In this document: in pieces, positions 1 through 13,300 of the stretch
Numbering within the stretch: the first letter of the stretch is position 1
Layout of the letters: each line of letters opens with the position of its first letter
DNA from: Promethearchaeota archaeon
GTDB taxonomy: Archaea > Asgardarchaeota > Lokiarchaeia > Sigyniarchaeales > SOKP01
Assembly (NCBI GenBank): GCA_019058445.1
Contig: JAHPZA010000009.1
Span: 448,001 to 512,000 of the forward strand
Reading direction: 5' to 3'
DNA: 64,000 nt
Program-made: the position numbers and the translations under genes
Notes under the pieces: generated by a model
Told to the model about the DNA's origin: nothing
Databases searched by the model: none
Seen by the model: only the letters and a program-made list of their open reading frames with translations

Positions 1-3000
1 AGTATAATAGGATACAATGTTCAATGAACCAACCATTAAATTAATCCTTCCCGATTCTCCTGTATATTCGTGGGCCCCGTATATTTGCATTAGTGTTTTC
101 CGCGAAATTTCAATATCTTTAGGATATTTAACTAATACTTCTGTACCTATTCTTTCATCCCATTTCATAAGAATTAATCCAGATGGCATGAGATCAAGAT
201 TTCTCTCTAAATCTTCTTTTTTTGCTTTTATTATTGGCAATGTTTTTGATTTCATAGATTTAATTCCCATAATTTCTTCAATTGAAAGTCCAAGTTTCCG
301 CCATCTTTCACTTACCATATTTACCATATACGCTTCTTTATCCGCAATTGAGATTGAATCTGAGATTTGTGCTGACTTTTTGATTAAATCTTTAATATTT
401 CTTATTTTTTTGACAAATTTAGGAATTTTGGCTAATTGGATATATTTATATGTTGCAAGGCTCCCCACAATGGCAATGATAGCTATAAGAAGAATTAACA
501 GATAAAATGTTGGCATAGAAACTCCTTCTTGGGAGCCTAATCCAGGGATTATGACTAGTTCTTCCATTTCAATGACAATGGTTATATCAGTATCCTCAGA
601 AGTGTAGTTTGCTTTTGATATTTTGATGGTACCTGTTATCGTATTTGAAGTAAAAAAGGCCTCATACTCATCTGTTTTAAATTCTAATTCATACACCCCA
701 TCCTCCTCCTCTTCAAATTCAAAATCATCTCCTTCAATCTCTAATATTACCGTTGCTCCTTTTAACGGAATATCTCCTTGAGTTGGATCGGTTAATTCTA
801 TAGAAAGTGTGATCTTTTCTCCTTTTACTACACTAACTTGCTTATCTTCAAACATATCCCCCAATTCATAATCAATTTCTCTCATATTAACCGATAAGGT
901 AACTATTACCCGTTTATAAATGTAATTTTGTTTATCTAATTTGATCCATACCGTATAGACTCCAGGATTTAATGTTTCAGTATTAATATCTAAAATATAC
1001 TTATTATTATTGTCATCAAAATCCAGATTTCCAGCACTATAGTCAATAGATTGTTGATTTGAACCCTCAATAGTAATTCTATATTCTTGAGTATCTAAAT
1101 TTATGATATCAGTGGTTAACATCGCATCTGTATATGAAAAAGTAAAATTTACTGCATCATGGACATATATGTTTTGATATAACTGAATGTCAGTGGAGAT
1201 CCCATTAATCAACGTCAAGCGCTTCAATACATTTATATCCAATTCTTTAGTTGCGTTTTCATAGTGATCTTTTGAAACAGTAAATTCCACAGTAAATCCC
1301 CCAGCATTAATTAAAGAAGTATCAATAGATTGTGTAAAATGCATTCCTAATATATCAGAATAATAATCTTGCACGGTACCATGTATATCTGGATCTTCTC
1401 GTATTTTAAATGTCACTGTGCTAGAAATTTCATAATGCACAGTTCTTAAATAATTGATACTAAAAATAATCGTAAAATTAACCGCTTGATTGGTTTCTAT
1501 ACTCGCTAAATAGAGCATATTCTTGCTAAAACCTCCCAAGAAAAATGAACCCTCTCCCTGAAGTGTATTTGAAATGCTATAGGTTTGCCCTCCGATAGTG
1601 ATATTCATTGCTAGCTCTGATGGAAAAAAATAGTCAATGCCATCAGTAATATCTTTAATAATTAAAAAGGTACCCTGATCATCAAAATTATTGTTAAACA
1701 CAATACTGAATTCCTCTCCATTACTGAAATCATGCTCAATTATAGTCACACTAATATTTTCTAAATGGTGATGCCAATAAAATCCCTCATAATATTTCAC
1801 TGTAATATTGACATCAAATATAATATCTGAACTCTTAAAAATATGGAATAAAAATTGATTGTCAATAGGATAAATCGTTATATTGTCAATATTGACTCTT
1901 GCCATTCCATTACCAAGGTTTTCTAACGTGTAATTATACCCCTCATTTGTCATGAATTTTGAAATCACAGTATTCGGATTATCTATTAAACTCCAATCTG
2001 AAGGATTACGACAATTATAGAGGTTAAAGGTTATGTTTTTAATAACCCAGCCATTTTCATCTGATATAATGCTAATCTCATCCGTCACATTAAATTGGAT
2101 ATATTCTACATTAACTTTATCTCGTAGAAACCAGGAGTATGCAACAATATCTACCGTATCATCAAACGAGCCTCCAATCGTAAATCTAAAACTATTATCT
2201 CCCATAGGACTGCATGTATCTAAGTCGAGAGTGATCCCTTTCCACCATCCTTGAAGATAATTGTATTCACTACCCAAAACAGTCGCATTGGTTTTATGCC
2301 ACATCCAAAACTCATTATGAGGGTCTATAAATGTAATATTTATATCACTTTCAGCAACGTTCCAGGAAATATTATAGATATTGAATGTAATTCGCGATAA
2401 ATTCCAATCACTGGAGATTTCAGGCACTACGAAGCTAAATGTATGGTCAACATCTTGAAAAATAGTATCCTCGACAAGGATCTCTTCAGAAATTTCACCA
2501 TACGGTTTAACTGACAAGTCAATGCTCTCTAACCAATAATCCTCTTGAAGAGAATCATCATTTTCTGTTTGATTTAAGATCAGATCGATCTTTTGGATTT
2601 CTAAGGGAAAATATAAATCGGAAGGGATGCTAAAGCCCGATTTTTGAGCATATATTCGTATAATATAAAATTCACCCCCCGCCAATTTCGTGGTATCAAT
2701 ACTGACGTGATGTCTTCCCGAATTGCCCTCTTCAATAGAGATGGTTCCTGAGTAAAGGGGAGTAACTCCAGATAAGAGCTGATATGTCATTGAATCTGCA
2801 TAAGTGGGACCTAATAACTCAGGATGACCCTTTGCTTTACTTACATTGAATAAGAAACGCAATTTCAATTGTGCCCCCCACACAACCGCAATATTATCTG
2901 TAGGATTTAACGAAATTATCTCTGTACCGTAATCGGCTATATCAATATCATAAATCTTTAGATTAAAAGTAGCTTTAGCAGCCACTATAAAACTCATATT

Positions 3001-6000
3001 ATTGATAAATGGAGGAGGCCCGACATTTGTGCTATTGAACTCCAATATCCCTCCAAAAAAACTCAATTGTAATGAATAGTTCCCATGTATTCCAGAAGAG
3101 TTTAACCACCTTAAGGTTGCTTTCCCGGTTATATCTGTGGTTAAATTGGTGATGCTAGCTCCTAAAGTGTCGTTAATTCTTAAGAGTACTTTTACTCCAC
3201 TCATTGCTTTCCCATTTTCGTCCTCAACAAAAAAATCCACGGTCGTTAAATTTACCTTTATTTCAAGGGTAGAATTGGGGGTAAGGAGATCTCCTGATGC
3301 CAAAAGAATTTCGTGCGGATTATACATATTGTCGAAATAATGGATCGTATAGTTGTACTCATACGGGGTGACATTCACCCACCAAAATATCGCTGTACCA
3401 TCATTATCAATCGTACAATTTTGGAGACTGTGTGAACTATTACCTACTATAATCCAACCAGAATCTACAGGAATATCATCAATATCCACTATGTTAAAAA
3501 AATTAGTGCTAACGTTGCAGATTAAATCCACCGTTTGAGACAATTCATTAATTAAAATTGCTTCGGAGGTAATGTTAATGATTTCTAAATAATTCCCTAT
3601 ATCTGAGGTCATGCTTGCTGTAAAATTATACTCTCCCACATCTATATTCGTATGGAAAACACTTCCATTAATGTTAGTGAAAGCACTCCTAATTAATGCC
3701 GAATTTTGATACATAGAAATATTTACATTTGCTATTGAATTGCCATATAAATCAATTGCATTTACTTGAAGATTTTTACATAATTTTGTGCTCAATATTA
3801 CTTCCGCTCCTATAGAATAAAAACTATCTGGAGTATGTTGATTGTTATATTCCGTTAAAATCCAATTATCAGAATAGAGTCCATCTGAAATTCTAATTTC
3901 ATCTAAAATTCCATCAAAATCATTGCTAGTTAAGGAAAATTGAAGATCTTCTGTTCCGTTCAGGTCACCTAGAGTATTAATATTAGTGCCTGAGTTAATC
4001 TCATATCCATCTTTATAAATACGAATTTTATCGTTATCTCTATCAATCACTCCAACAATATACATCCAATCATCTAAAGTTATGCTAGCACTGGAACTTA
4101 CGCTATTTTCATCTCCATCTGCAGCGTGATAAGCGAGGTCATTTCCACCAGGATCAATAGAAAAACAATAACCTTTATCAGAGATACTTGATGCTCCCTT
4201 ATAGAGAGGAAGTTGTGATGTACCCGTACCGCTATCAATATTTATCCAAATACTAACAGTAAAGCTTCCCGTTCCAAAATCAAAATGTCCATCACTAGGA
4301 TCACCAACATTTACCGTGCCATCAGTACCAAACTCATACGCACCATCAATTTGCCCAGTTGAAGGGCGGGTTACTGCTCCTGAAATCACTCCGGCTTCCC
4401 CATAAGATGTAGAATCTTGTGCATTCCCACTTGGTTCAGAAAGATGCCACACTCCCATATAATTAGCATTCCATACTCCTGTGGGATTCTCCTGTGAATT
4501 CATTGTGGAATTTCCGTAATACATGCGAATAGTAGTATCAATAGAGGTTGATAATTGAGGAATGCGAACCCAAGCCGTTAGCTGCGCATGGGTACTGTTA
4601 AATGTTTGATTAAATAGTTCAATTTCGTGGTCTAACCATATAGATCCTAATGCAAAGGCAAGATCATTGCCATTAGCTTGAACTTTATTACTATCATGTA
4701 AGTCTGTATCTTCAAGATAAATTAATACGGGAAAATTAGTCAGACTACCTGATTCAGGAATTTTTGAACTGTCAATTGTTATAGATTTATAGTAGTTAAA
4801 ATATTCAGCATCAGAAGGAACATCTTCATCTACTTTTGTAGCATTACTAATAGAGTAAAAATCATTTGGATCATCTTGATTAGCAAATTCTGTTTTAATC
4901 CAATCAGCGGAACGTGCAATAGTAGATATGCGAATTTCATCTAACTGTCCTTCCCATTCACCACTCCAGGTTACATTCTTAGGCTGATCAGAATGTCCTA
5001 TCCAAAAATCTTTTTCTGATGTTGAAGCTTCTATATTATTCGTTTTAGAAAGGATATTAATATCTTGTTCCCCATCAATATAAATTCTCATCCAAGAACC
5101 ATCATAGGTTGCTACAACATGATGCCATGAATTAGTTGTAACATCTGTATCACTAATGAGGTGATGGGTCTGTCCTGGTAAGGTAAACGCTAAATTTAGA
5201 GTATAATGTTCGAATCTAAGACTATAGCCATTATACCAACCCTTATGATTCATAATTCCATAATAATGATCTGATGGAGTAATATTATGTTGTATCCATG
5301 CTTCTAAAGTTATTTGATTGCCAGTAATGTCGAACATAGGATCATCCCCACAATCAATTAAATCATAGTACCCATCCAAGTTATTGAAATCTTGTCCATA
5401 ACCTATTTTTCCTTCTACTCTGGTTGGAACAAATAAAGATTCCCCCTCGCCCCCTTGTCCATGATTTTTATATATACTACTATCACTATATTCATCAATA
5501 TTACCATTCCCGCTTTGATTTAGATGCCAAATTCCTAGAAAATCCGAATCCCATATACCATGTAGATTTTCTTGAGATTTCATTGTAGGATTACCATAAT
5601 ACATCCAAAGCTTCGTATCAATAGAGGGTGATAATGAGGGAACACGAACCCAAGCAATTAATTGAGCATGAGTGCCATTATAAGTCTGATTAAATAATTC
5701 AATTTCATGGTATAACCAGGTAGTACCATTAGTAAAAGCAATATCATCCCCATCAGGTTGAACCGCGGTATGTAAATCAGAATCAAAAAGAGAAACCAAT
5801 ACCGGAAAGTTAAGAAGATTACTTGTCCCAGAAATTTTGGTATGATCTATAGTTATCTCTTTATAATAGCTGAAATCGATGAAAGAAGGAACATATACTT
5901 GTTTTGAGCTACTAACAGAATAAAAAGAACTAGGATCATATTGGTTATTATATTCAGTAGCAATCCAATCTTCTGAACGAGCCATACTAGATATGCGAAC

Positions 6001-7095
6001 TTCATCAATCTTTCCATCCCACCATTCATCTTGATCTCCATTATTGCCGATAAATAAAGCATTATCTGACTCATCAAGTGGTCCTGTTATACTATCTTGA
6101 ATTTCATAACTATTTGTTTCAAATCCGTTATGGTATAATCTTAATTTATTATCATCAGATAATCCATCCCATGTCAAAACTACATAATGTTTATTGCCAG
6201 TAGATATAATATTATTCTGGCTTTTCGCATGATAAAGAGTACTTCCTTTCATAAGGTATCCATGAAGTTGTCCACTCCAGTCCGTTCTTAGAACGTATAT
6301 TTCACCACCCTTAGTAACGACTCTTCTCTTCTCTCCTATATCATCTTCAATCCAAGCTTCAATAGTAATGGCATCCGTAATATCTAAACTAGAGCTATCT
6401 TCTATAGTAATATTTGTATTAACTCCATTAAAATCATCAGCCCCATCAATTTTACAGCTGGTATTCTGATTTAAATTACCATTGGGAGTCCCATCATTAT
6501 TATTTCTTGTCGAATCATAATGTATACCTGATGTTTCATGTAAATGTTGAACCAGTTTATAATTATTATCCCATACACCTTGAGGATTTTCTTGAGCTCT
6601 CATATATGGATTTCCATAATACATTCGAATGATAGTATCCTCAAATGGTGAAAGAGCGGGGATACGTACCCATGCGATTAATTGAGCATGAGTATTATTA
6701 AAAGTTTGATTAAATAGTTCTATTTCGTGATCTAGCATTTGAAACTCATTAGAAAAAGCAATGTCATCTCCATCTGGTTGAACCTTATCGTTATCGCGGA
6801 GATCAGTATCAAAAAGGGAAATTAAAAGGGGAAAATCGATAAGATTCCCTATTCCTGAAACTTTTGTATGGTCAATTATAATCTCTTTATAATAGGCAAA
6901 ATCATCCGCACCTAGAGTATGATTTGAAGAGACATAGGGATTAGGAGTTGATTTATTATTATAATTATCTTCAGATTTATAATCATCAGTACTATTAAAA
7001 TTAAAATTTGAAAGATAATATACCTGTGCTATAGTTGAAAAGAGGATTAAAAAAAAAATTATTATAGATTTAGTCTCTCTATTATTGAATTTCAT
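1..7095 (-). CDS. Giant surface protein, copy 1 (DUF2341-like/LamG x3, stalk, TM, cytoplasmic longin-like domain); 3' end truncated by the window edge
   Basis: Absent from the ORF track because it has no stop in the window. The ATG at 7095 is in the same context as copies 2 and 3 (MKFNNRETKSIII). Bases 1-105 read in the same frame as SRKTLMQIYGAHEYTGESGRINLMVGSLNIVSYYT, homologous to the tails of copies 2 and 3. It is colinear with both copies at the points compared; not every codon was checked. Confidence 0.9.
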   Translation of the reverse strand, partial: MKFNNRETKSIIIFFLILFSTIAQVYYLSNFNFNSTDDYKSEDNYNNKSTPNPYVSSNHTLGADDFAYYKEIIIDHTKVSGIGNLIDFPLLISLFDTDLRDNDKVQPDGDDIAFSNEFQMLDHEIELFNQTFNNTHAQLIAWVRIPALSPFEDTIIRMYYGNPYMRAQENPQGVWDNNYKLVQHLHETSGIHYDSTRNNNDGTPNGNLNQNTSCKIDGADDFNGVNTNITIEDSSSLDITDAITIEAWIEDDIGEKRRVVTKGGEIYVLRTDWSGQLHGYLMKGSTLYHAKSQNNIISTGNKHYVVLTWDGLSDDNKLRLYHNGFETNSYEIQDSITGPLDESDNALFIGNNGDQDEWWDGKIDEVRISSMARSEDWIATEYNNQYDPSSFYSVSSSKQVYVPSFIDFSYYKEITIDHTKISGTSNLLNFPVLVSLFDSDLHTAVQPDGDDIAFTNGTTWLYHEIELFNQTYNGTHAQLIAWVRVPSLSPSIDTKLWMYYGNPTMKSQENLHGIWDSDFLGIWHLNQSGNGNIDEYSDSSIYKNHGQGGEGESLFVPTRVEGKIGYGQDFNNLDGYYDLIDCGDDPMFDITGNQITLEAWIQHNITPSDHYYGIMNHKGWYNGYSLRFEHYTLNLAFTLPGQTHHLISDTDVTTNSWHHVVATYDGSWMRIYIDGEQDINILSKTNNIEASTSEKDFWIGHSDQPKNVTWSGEWEGQLDEIRISTIARSADWIKTEFANQDDPNDFYSISNATKVDEDVPSDAEYFNYYKSITIDSSKIPESGSLTNFPVLIYLEDTDLHDSNKVQANGNDLAFALGSIWLDHEIELFNQTFNSTHAQLTAWVRIPQLSTSIDTTIRMYYGNSTMNSQENPTGVWNANYMGVWHLSEPSGNAQDSTSYGEAGVISGAVTRPSTGQIDGAYEFGTDGTVNVGDPSDGHFDFGTGSFTVSIWINIDSGTGTSQLPLYKGASSISDKGYCFSIDPGGNDLAYHAADGDENSVSSSASITLDDWMYIVGVIDRDNDKIRIYKDGYEINSGTNINTLGDLNGTEDLQFSLTSNDFDGILDEIRISDGLYSDNWILTEYNNQHTPDSFYSIGAEVILSTKLCKNLQVNAIDLYGNSIANVNISMYQNSALIRSAFTNINGSVFHTNIDVGEYNFTASMTSDIGNYLEIINITSEAILINELSQTVDLICNVSTNFFNIVDIDDIPVDSGWIIVGNSSHSLQNCTIDNDGTAIFWWVNVTPYEYNYTIHYFDNMYNPHEILLASGDLLTPNSTLEIKVNLTTVDFFVEDENGKAMSGVKVLLRINDTLGASITNLTTDITGKATLRWLNSSGIHGNYSLQLSFFGGILEFNSTNVGPPPFINNMSFIVAAKATFNLKIYDIDIADYGTEIISLNPTDNIAVVWGAQLKLRFLFNVSKAKGHPELLGPTYADSMTYQLLSGVTPLYSGTISIEEGNSGRHHVSIDTTKLAGGEFYIIRIYAQKSGFSIPSDLYFPLEIQKIDLILNQTENDDSLQEDYWLESIDLSVKPYGEISEEILVEDTIFQDVDHTFSFVVPEISSDWNLSRITFNIYNISWNVAESDINITFIDPHNEFWMWHKTNATVLGSEYNYLQGWWKGITLDLDTCSPMGDNSFRFTIGGSFDDTVDIVAYSWFLRDKVNVEYIQFNVTDEISIISDENGWVIKNITFNLYNCRNPSDWSLIDNPNTVISKFMTNEGYNYTLENLGNGMARVNIDNITIYPIDNQFLFHIFKSSDIIFDVNITVKYYEGFYWHHHLENISVTIIEHDFSNGEEFSIVFNNNFDDQGTFLIIKDITDGIDYFFPSELAMNITIGGQTYSISNTLQGEGSFFLGGFSKNMLYLASIETNQAVNFTIIFSINYLRTVHYEISSTVTFKIREDPDIHGTVQDYYSDILGMHFTQSIDTSLINAGGFTVEFTVSKDHYENATKELDINVLKRLTLINGISTDIQLYQNIYVHDAVNFTFSYTDAMLTTDIINLDTQEYRITIEGSNQQSIDYSAGNLDFDDNNNKYILDINTETLNPGVYTVWIKLDKQNYIYKRVIVTLSVNMREIDYELGDMFEDKQVSVVKGEKITLSIELTDPTQGDIPLKGATVILEIEGDDFEFEEEEDGVYELEFKTDEYEAFFTSNTITGTIKISKANYTSEDTDITIVIEMEELVIIPGLGSQEGVSMPTFYLLILLIAIIAIVGSLATYKYIQLAKIPKFVKKIRNIKDLIKKSAQISDSISIADKEAYMVNMVSERWRKLGLSIEEIMGIKSMKSKTLPIIKAKKEDLERNLDLMPSGLILMKWDERIGTEVLVKYPKDIEISRKTLMQIYGAHEYTGESGRINLMVGSLNIVSYYT

Positions 7096-7250
7096 TATAA
7101 AAATTCCTTGTTTATTTTTTTTTTAAAACCGTTATTAGATAGATATTGGAACTTAAATCAACATAAAAGAAAAAATCTTTATATTTAAATATAGTATATT
7201 TCTCTCTTCAAAAGAAGATTAACGACCAATATAGAAATAAGCTTTTTATT
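7096..7250 (-). promoter_or_regulatory. Conserved 5' leader/promoter of giant gene copy 1
   Basis: Near-identical to 15326-15480 and 23658-23810. Contains AAGGAATT just upstream of the ATG and a palindromic TATA-like ATATTTAAATAT about 90 bp upstream. Confidence 0.65.
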
Positions 7251-7372
7251 TAATAAATATAGAAAAATTAAAGATTTAGTTTCGAAATTAATAATATTTT
7301 AGCATCTTCAAATTTCATCTAATTATTCAAATAATATTAATAATAAGAAAAAAATAGATAAGATATTATTTT

Positions 7373-10300
7373 TTATTTTTCTTCTGCATTTAAATTGAGA
7401 TAAGTATTTTCAAGAACATTTAGATATTCAATCAATTCTTTGTCACTTTTAGACTTTTGCTCGTATGCTTGCTTGATAACCTCTAATATGTATTTTGGAA
7501 AAACAAGCTCTATATAAAAGTCCGATTGGAGGGCATAATACTCCGTTCCACTCTTGTCTTGAAGAACTTTAATCATATTAGCATCCCACAGTAAATTTAA
7601 CACTTTACTCACATCTTCTACTCCTTTCTTCTTAAGTTTTTCAAGATCATCTTTCGTGACAATAGCACTTCTTAATAATTGAAACGTGTGATAAACCTCT
7701 GGATCAGCTAAAATATTTAAGATTTTTAGGTTGTCTAATTCTGTGGGGGTATATTGCTCAAAGAATGTTTTGACCTCATTAAGATAAACTTTTGTAAGTT
7801 GAGAAGGTAATCCTTTTTTTTCTGGAGTTTTCACTAATTCAACCGAAGGTATACGAAGCATTATAAGATCACCTGTGAGGAAATTTAATTCTGAAGGTAA
7901 ACCCTTAACCGAGACTTGTTTGATAATTTCTCTTTTTACAAGCTCTATAAGAACCACTTCCAAATCAAAAAGCCCTTCTTTATATTGATCTTTGAGCCAA
8001 ACCATTAATTCCGATTTATCTATTATTCCTTCCTCTCTTAGACGATTTATAGTCATCTGTTTTATTTTATCATGATAGATATTCATGAGTTGCTGTTCTC
8101 TATTAAGAGTAGGATAAACAGCTAAACGTCGAAATAGAGAGGGGATCATCGATATATAAGCATCATCTTCTAAGTTTTGGAGTATAATTTGTAAAATATC
8201 GGCCATTCCCCCTTCATAAGCATCCGCATCATCTTCAAGATTTAAAATTAAAACAAGATAATACCCCTTTTCTGGTCCAGCATAATAGGAAGCTAGATTT
8301 AAGTTAGTTACAATTAAATTAACCATACCTGATTCCCCTGTATATTCATGAGCACCGTATATTTGCATTAATGTTTTACGTGAAAGTTCAATATCTTCAG
8401 GATATTTAGCTAATAGTTCTGTACCTATTCGTTCATCCCATTTCATAAGAAGTAATCCAGATGGCATAAGATCAGCACTCCTCTCAGATTTTAATGATTC
8501 TTTCTTAAAGATAGGCAAGATTTTTCCCTTTTTAACAGGAATTTCGAAAATATCTTTTATCGACAGTCCGAGCAGATCCCATTTCTCACTAACCATATTT
8601 ACCAAATATCCTTCCTTATTTGCAATTGAAAGTGTTTCTGGGATCACTTTAGATTTTTTAATTGCAGCCTTCATAGATCGAATTTTTTTGACAAATTTAG
8701 GAATTTTGGCTAATTGAATATATTTATATGTTGCAAGACTCCCTACAACGGCAGTAATAGCTATGAGAAGGATAAGTAGATAAAATATGGGAATAGAAAC
8801 TCCTTCTTGTGAATCTAAACCTGGAATTATTTCTAATTCTTCCATTTCAATGACAATGGTTATATCAGTATCCTCAGAAGTATAGTTTGCTTTTGATATT
8901 TTGATGGTACCTGTTATCGTATTTGAAGTAAAAAAGGCCTCATACTCATCTGTTTCAAATTCAAATTCATACACCCCATCTTCCACTTCCTCAAATTCAA
9001 AATCATCATCATCAATCTCTAATATTACCGTTGCTCCTTTCAACGGAATATCTCCTTGAGTTGGATCGGTTAATTCGATAGAAAGGGTGATCTTTTCTCC
9101 TTTAACTACACTAACTTGCTTATCTTCAAACATATCACCTAGATCATAATCAATTTCTCTTAGATTAACTGTTAAAGTAACTATTACAAATTTAGAAACA
9201 TAGTTTTGTTTATCAAACTCAACCCATACCGTATAGATGCCAGGTTTTAATGTCTCAGTATTGATATCTAAAATATACTCATTATTACTATCATCAAAAT
9301 CTAAATTTCCTGCTCCATAGTCTATAGATTGTTGATTTGACCCCTCAATAGTGATTCTATATTCTTGGATATCTAAATTTGTGATATCAGTGGTTAACAT
9401 CGCATCGGTATATGAAAAAGTATAATTCACTGCATCTTGCACGTAGATGCTTCGATATATCTGAATATCAGTCGAAGCTCCGTTTATCAATGTTAAACGC
9501 TTCAATACTTTAATATCCAATTTTTTAGTTGCAGATTCATAATGATCTTTTGAAACGATAAATTCCACAGTATATTCTCCGGCATTAATTAAAGAAGTAT
9601 CAATAGATTGCACAAAATATATGCCTGATTCATCAGAGTAATAATCTGGTACGATGCCATGCACATCTGGATCTTCTCGTATTTTATACGATACCGTCCC
9701 AGAAGTCTCATAACATACAGTTCTTACATAACTTACACTAAAAATAATCGTAAAATTAACAGCTTGATTGGTTTCTATACTCGCGGAATAGAGGATATCC
9801 TTGCTAAAACCTCCCAAGAAAAATGAACCCTCTCCCTGAAGTGTATTCGAAATACTATAGGTTTGCCCTCCGATGGTAATATTCATGGCTAATTCCGATG
9901 GAAAAAAATAGTCAATACCATCAGTAATATCTTTAATTATTAAAAAACTGCCCTGATCTTCAAAATTATCGGGAAAAACAAGAGAGAATTCTCCTCCATT
10001 ACTGAAATCGTCCTCTATTATTGTCATACTAATATTTTCTAAGCGTTGATGCCAATAAAATCCCTGAAAATATTCCACTGTAATATTGACATCGAACATA
10101 ATAGCTGAAGATTTAATAATATCAAATAAGAATTGATCATCTAAAGGATAAACCGTCATATTATCAATAATTACTCTTGCCATTCCATTACCAAGGTTTT
10201 CTAACGTATAATTATACCCCTCATATGTCGTAAATTTTGAAATTACAGTAGTTGGATCATCTATTAAACTCCAATCTGAAGAATTACGACAATTAGAGAG

Positions 10301-13300
10301 GATAAAGGTTATGTTTTTAATTACCCACCCATTCTCATCTGATATTATGCTAATATCATCTGTCACATTAAATTGGGTATATTGTACATTAACCTTATCT
10401 CGTAGAAACCAGGAGTACGCAACAATATCTACCGTACCATCAAACGAGCCTCCAATCGTAAACTTAAAAAGATTATCTCCCGAAGGACTGCATGTATCTA
10501 AGTTAAGAGTGATCCCTTTCCACCATCCTTGAAGATAATTATATTGACTACCCAATACAGTTGCATTAGTTTTATGCCACATCCAAAACTCATTGTTAGG
10601 ATCTATAAATGTAATATTTATATCGCTCTCAGCGACGTTCCAGGAAATATTATAAATATTGAATGTTATTCGCGATAGATTCCAATCACTTGAAATTTGG
10701 GGTACTTGGAAGCTAAATGAATGGTCAGCATCTTGAAAGATAGTATCCTCGATATCTAATTGTTCAGAAATCTCACCATACGGTTTTACTGACAGGTCAA
10801 TACTCTCTAACCAGAAATCTTCTTGGAGGGAATCATCGTTCTCTGTTTGATTTAAGATCAGATCGATCTTTTGGATTTGTAAGGGAAAATATAGATCGGA
10901 GGGGATACTAAAACCCGATTTTTGAGCATATATTCGTATAATATAAAATTCCCCACTTTCCAACTTAGTGGTATCAATACTGACGTGATATCTTCCCGGA
11001 TTGCCTTCTTCAATAGAAATGGTTCCTGAGTAAATGGGAGTAACTCCAGATAAGAGCTGATATGTCATTGAATCTGCGTAAGCGGGACCTATTAACTCAG
11101 GATGACCCTTTGCTTTACTTACATTGAATAAAAAACGCAATTTCAATAATACCCCCCACTCAACCACAATATTATCTGTAGGATTTAATGAGATCAGTTC
11201 TGTACCATAATCGTTTATATCAATATCATAAATCTTTAGATTAAAAGTAGCTTTCGCAGATACGATAAAACTAATATTATTTGTTGGAGGAGGCCCGCCA
11301 TTTGTGCTATTGAACTCCAATATCCCTCCAAAAAAACTTAATTGTAAGGAATAGTTCCCATGGAGAGCGGAAGAGTTTAACCACCTTAAGGTTGCTTTTC
11401 CGGTTATATCTGTGGTTAAATTCGTGATGCTAGCTCCTATAGTGTCGTTGATTCTTAAGAGTACTTTTACTCCACTCATTGCTTTCCCATTTTCGTCCTC
11501 AACAAAGAAATCCACGGTCGTTAAATTTACTTTTACATCGAGTGTAGAATTGGGAGTAAGGAGATCTCCAGATGCCAATATAATTTCTTGAGGGTTATAG
11601 TTAGTATCGAGATAATGAACGGTATAGTTATATTCATATGGGGTGACATTTACCCACCAAAATTTTGCTGTACCATCGCTATCAATTGTACAATTTTGCA
11701 GATTGTGTGAACTATTCCCTACTATGATCCATCCAGAATCTACAGGAATACCATCAATATCTATTATATTAAAAAAATTGGGGCTAACGTTGCAGATTAA
11801 ATCCACCGTTTGAGATGTTTCATTGATTAAAATTGCTTCAGAAGTGATGTTTATGATCTCAACAAAATTACCAATATCTGAAGTCATGCTTGCCGTAAAG
11901 TTATACTCTTCTACTTCTATGTTAGTATAGGAAACACGTCCATTAATATCAGTGAAAGCACTCCGAATTAATGCCGAATTTTGATACATAGAGATATTTA
12001 CATTAGCTATTGAATTGCCATATACATCAATCGCATTAACTTGAAGATTTTCACAAATTGTAATGTTTCTTTTTATTTCGGGTCCTACTGAATAGAAATT
12101 TTCTGGAGAATGTTGATTGTTATATTCCGTTAATATCCAATTATCAGAATAAGTTCTGTTGGAAATTCTAATTTCGTCTAACATCCCATCAAAACCATAA
12201 CTCGTCCAAGAAAATTTTAACTCTTGGTCACCACTTATACTATCGAGAGTATCAATGTTAGTTCCTGAGCCAATCTCAATTCCATCCTTATAAATTCGAA
12301 TTATATCATTTGTTCTATCAACTAAACCAACAATATACATCCATTCATCTAAAATTATGTTTGCACTAGGACTTCCGATATTTTCCACTCCATCATACAC
12401 ATGAAAAGCAATGGTATTTCCACTAGGAATGATATGATAACAATATCCAGGATCCCAGATTCGGGATGATCCACCTTTATAAACAGGAAGTTGATGATCT
12501 CCAGTGCTAGCATCAACGTTTATCCATAAACTAACTGCGAAACTTTCCAGGCCAAAATCCAGATGTCCATCAGTAGGATCACCAACATTTACCGTTCCAT
12601 CAGAACCAAATTCATACGCACCATCAATTTGACCGTTTGAAGGACGCGTCACCATACCTGAAACAATTCCATCTTCATCATAAAAAGTAGAATCTTGAGT
12701 ATTCCCACTTGGTTCTGAAAGATGCCATATACCCCTATAATTAGCATTCCATACCTCCGTAGGATTTTCCTGTGAATTCATCGTGGAATTTCCATAATAC
12801 ATGCGAATAATGGTATCTATAGAAGTTGATAATTGAGGAATACGGACCCATGCGATTAATTGCGCATGGGTACTGTTAAAAGTCTGATTAAATAGTTCAA
12901 TTTCGTGATCTAACCAGCTAGATCCTAAAGCAAATGCGATATCATCGCCATCTGGTTGAACTTTATCATGGAGGTCTGAGTCTTCAAGATACATTAATAC
13001 AGGAAAATTAGTCAGACTACCTGAACCAGGGATTTTCGAACTATCAATTGTGATCAATTTATAGTAATGAAAATATTTAGCATCAGAGGGAAAGTCGTCA
13101 TCTACTTTTGTTGCATTGCTAATAGAATAAAAATCATTTGGATTATCTTGATTAGTAAATTCCGTTTTAATCCACCCTGCTGAACGATTTGTACTGGAAA
13201 TACGTACTTCATCAATGATTCCTATGAAATCGTCATAATAGTCATTTTCAGTTCCTATATATAAGTAATCATTATTAGTAATTATATCTCCAGAATATGA

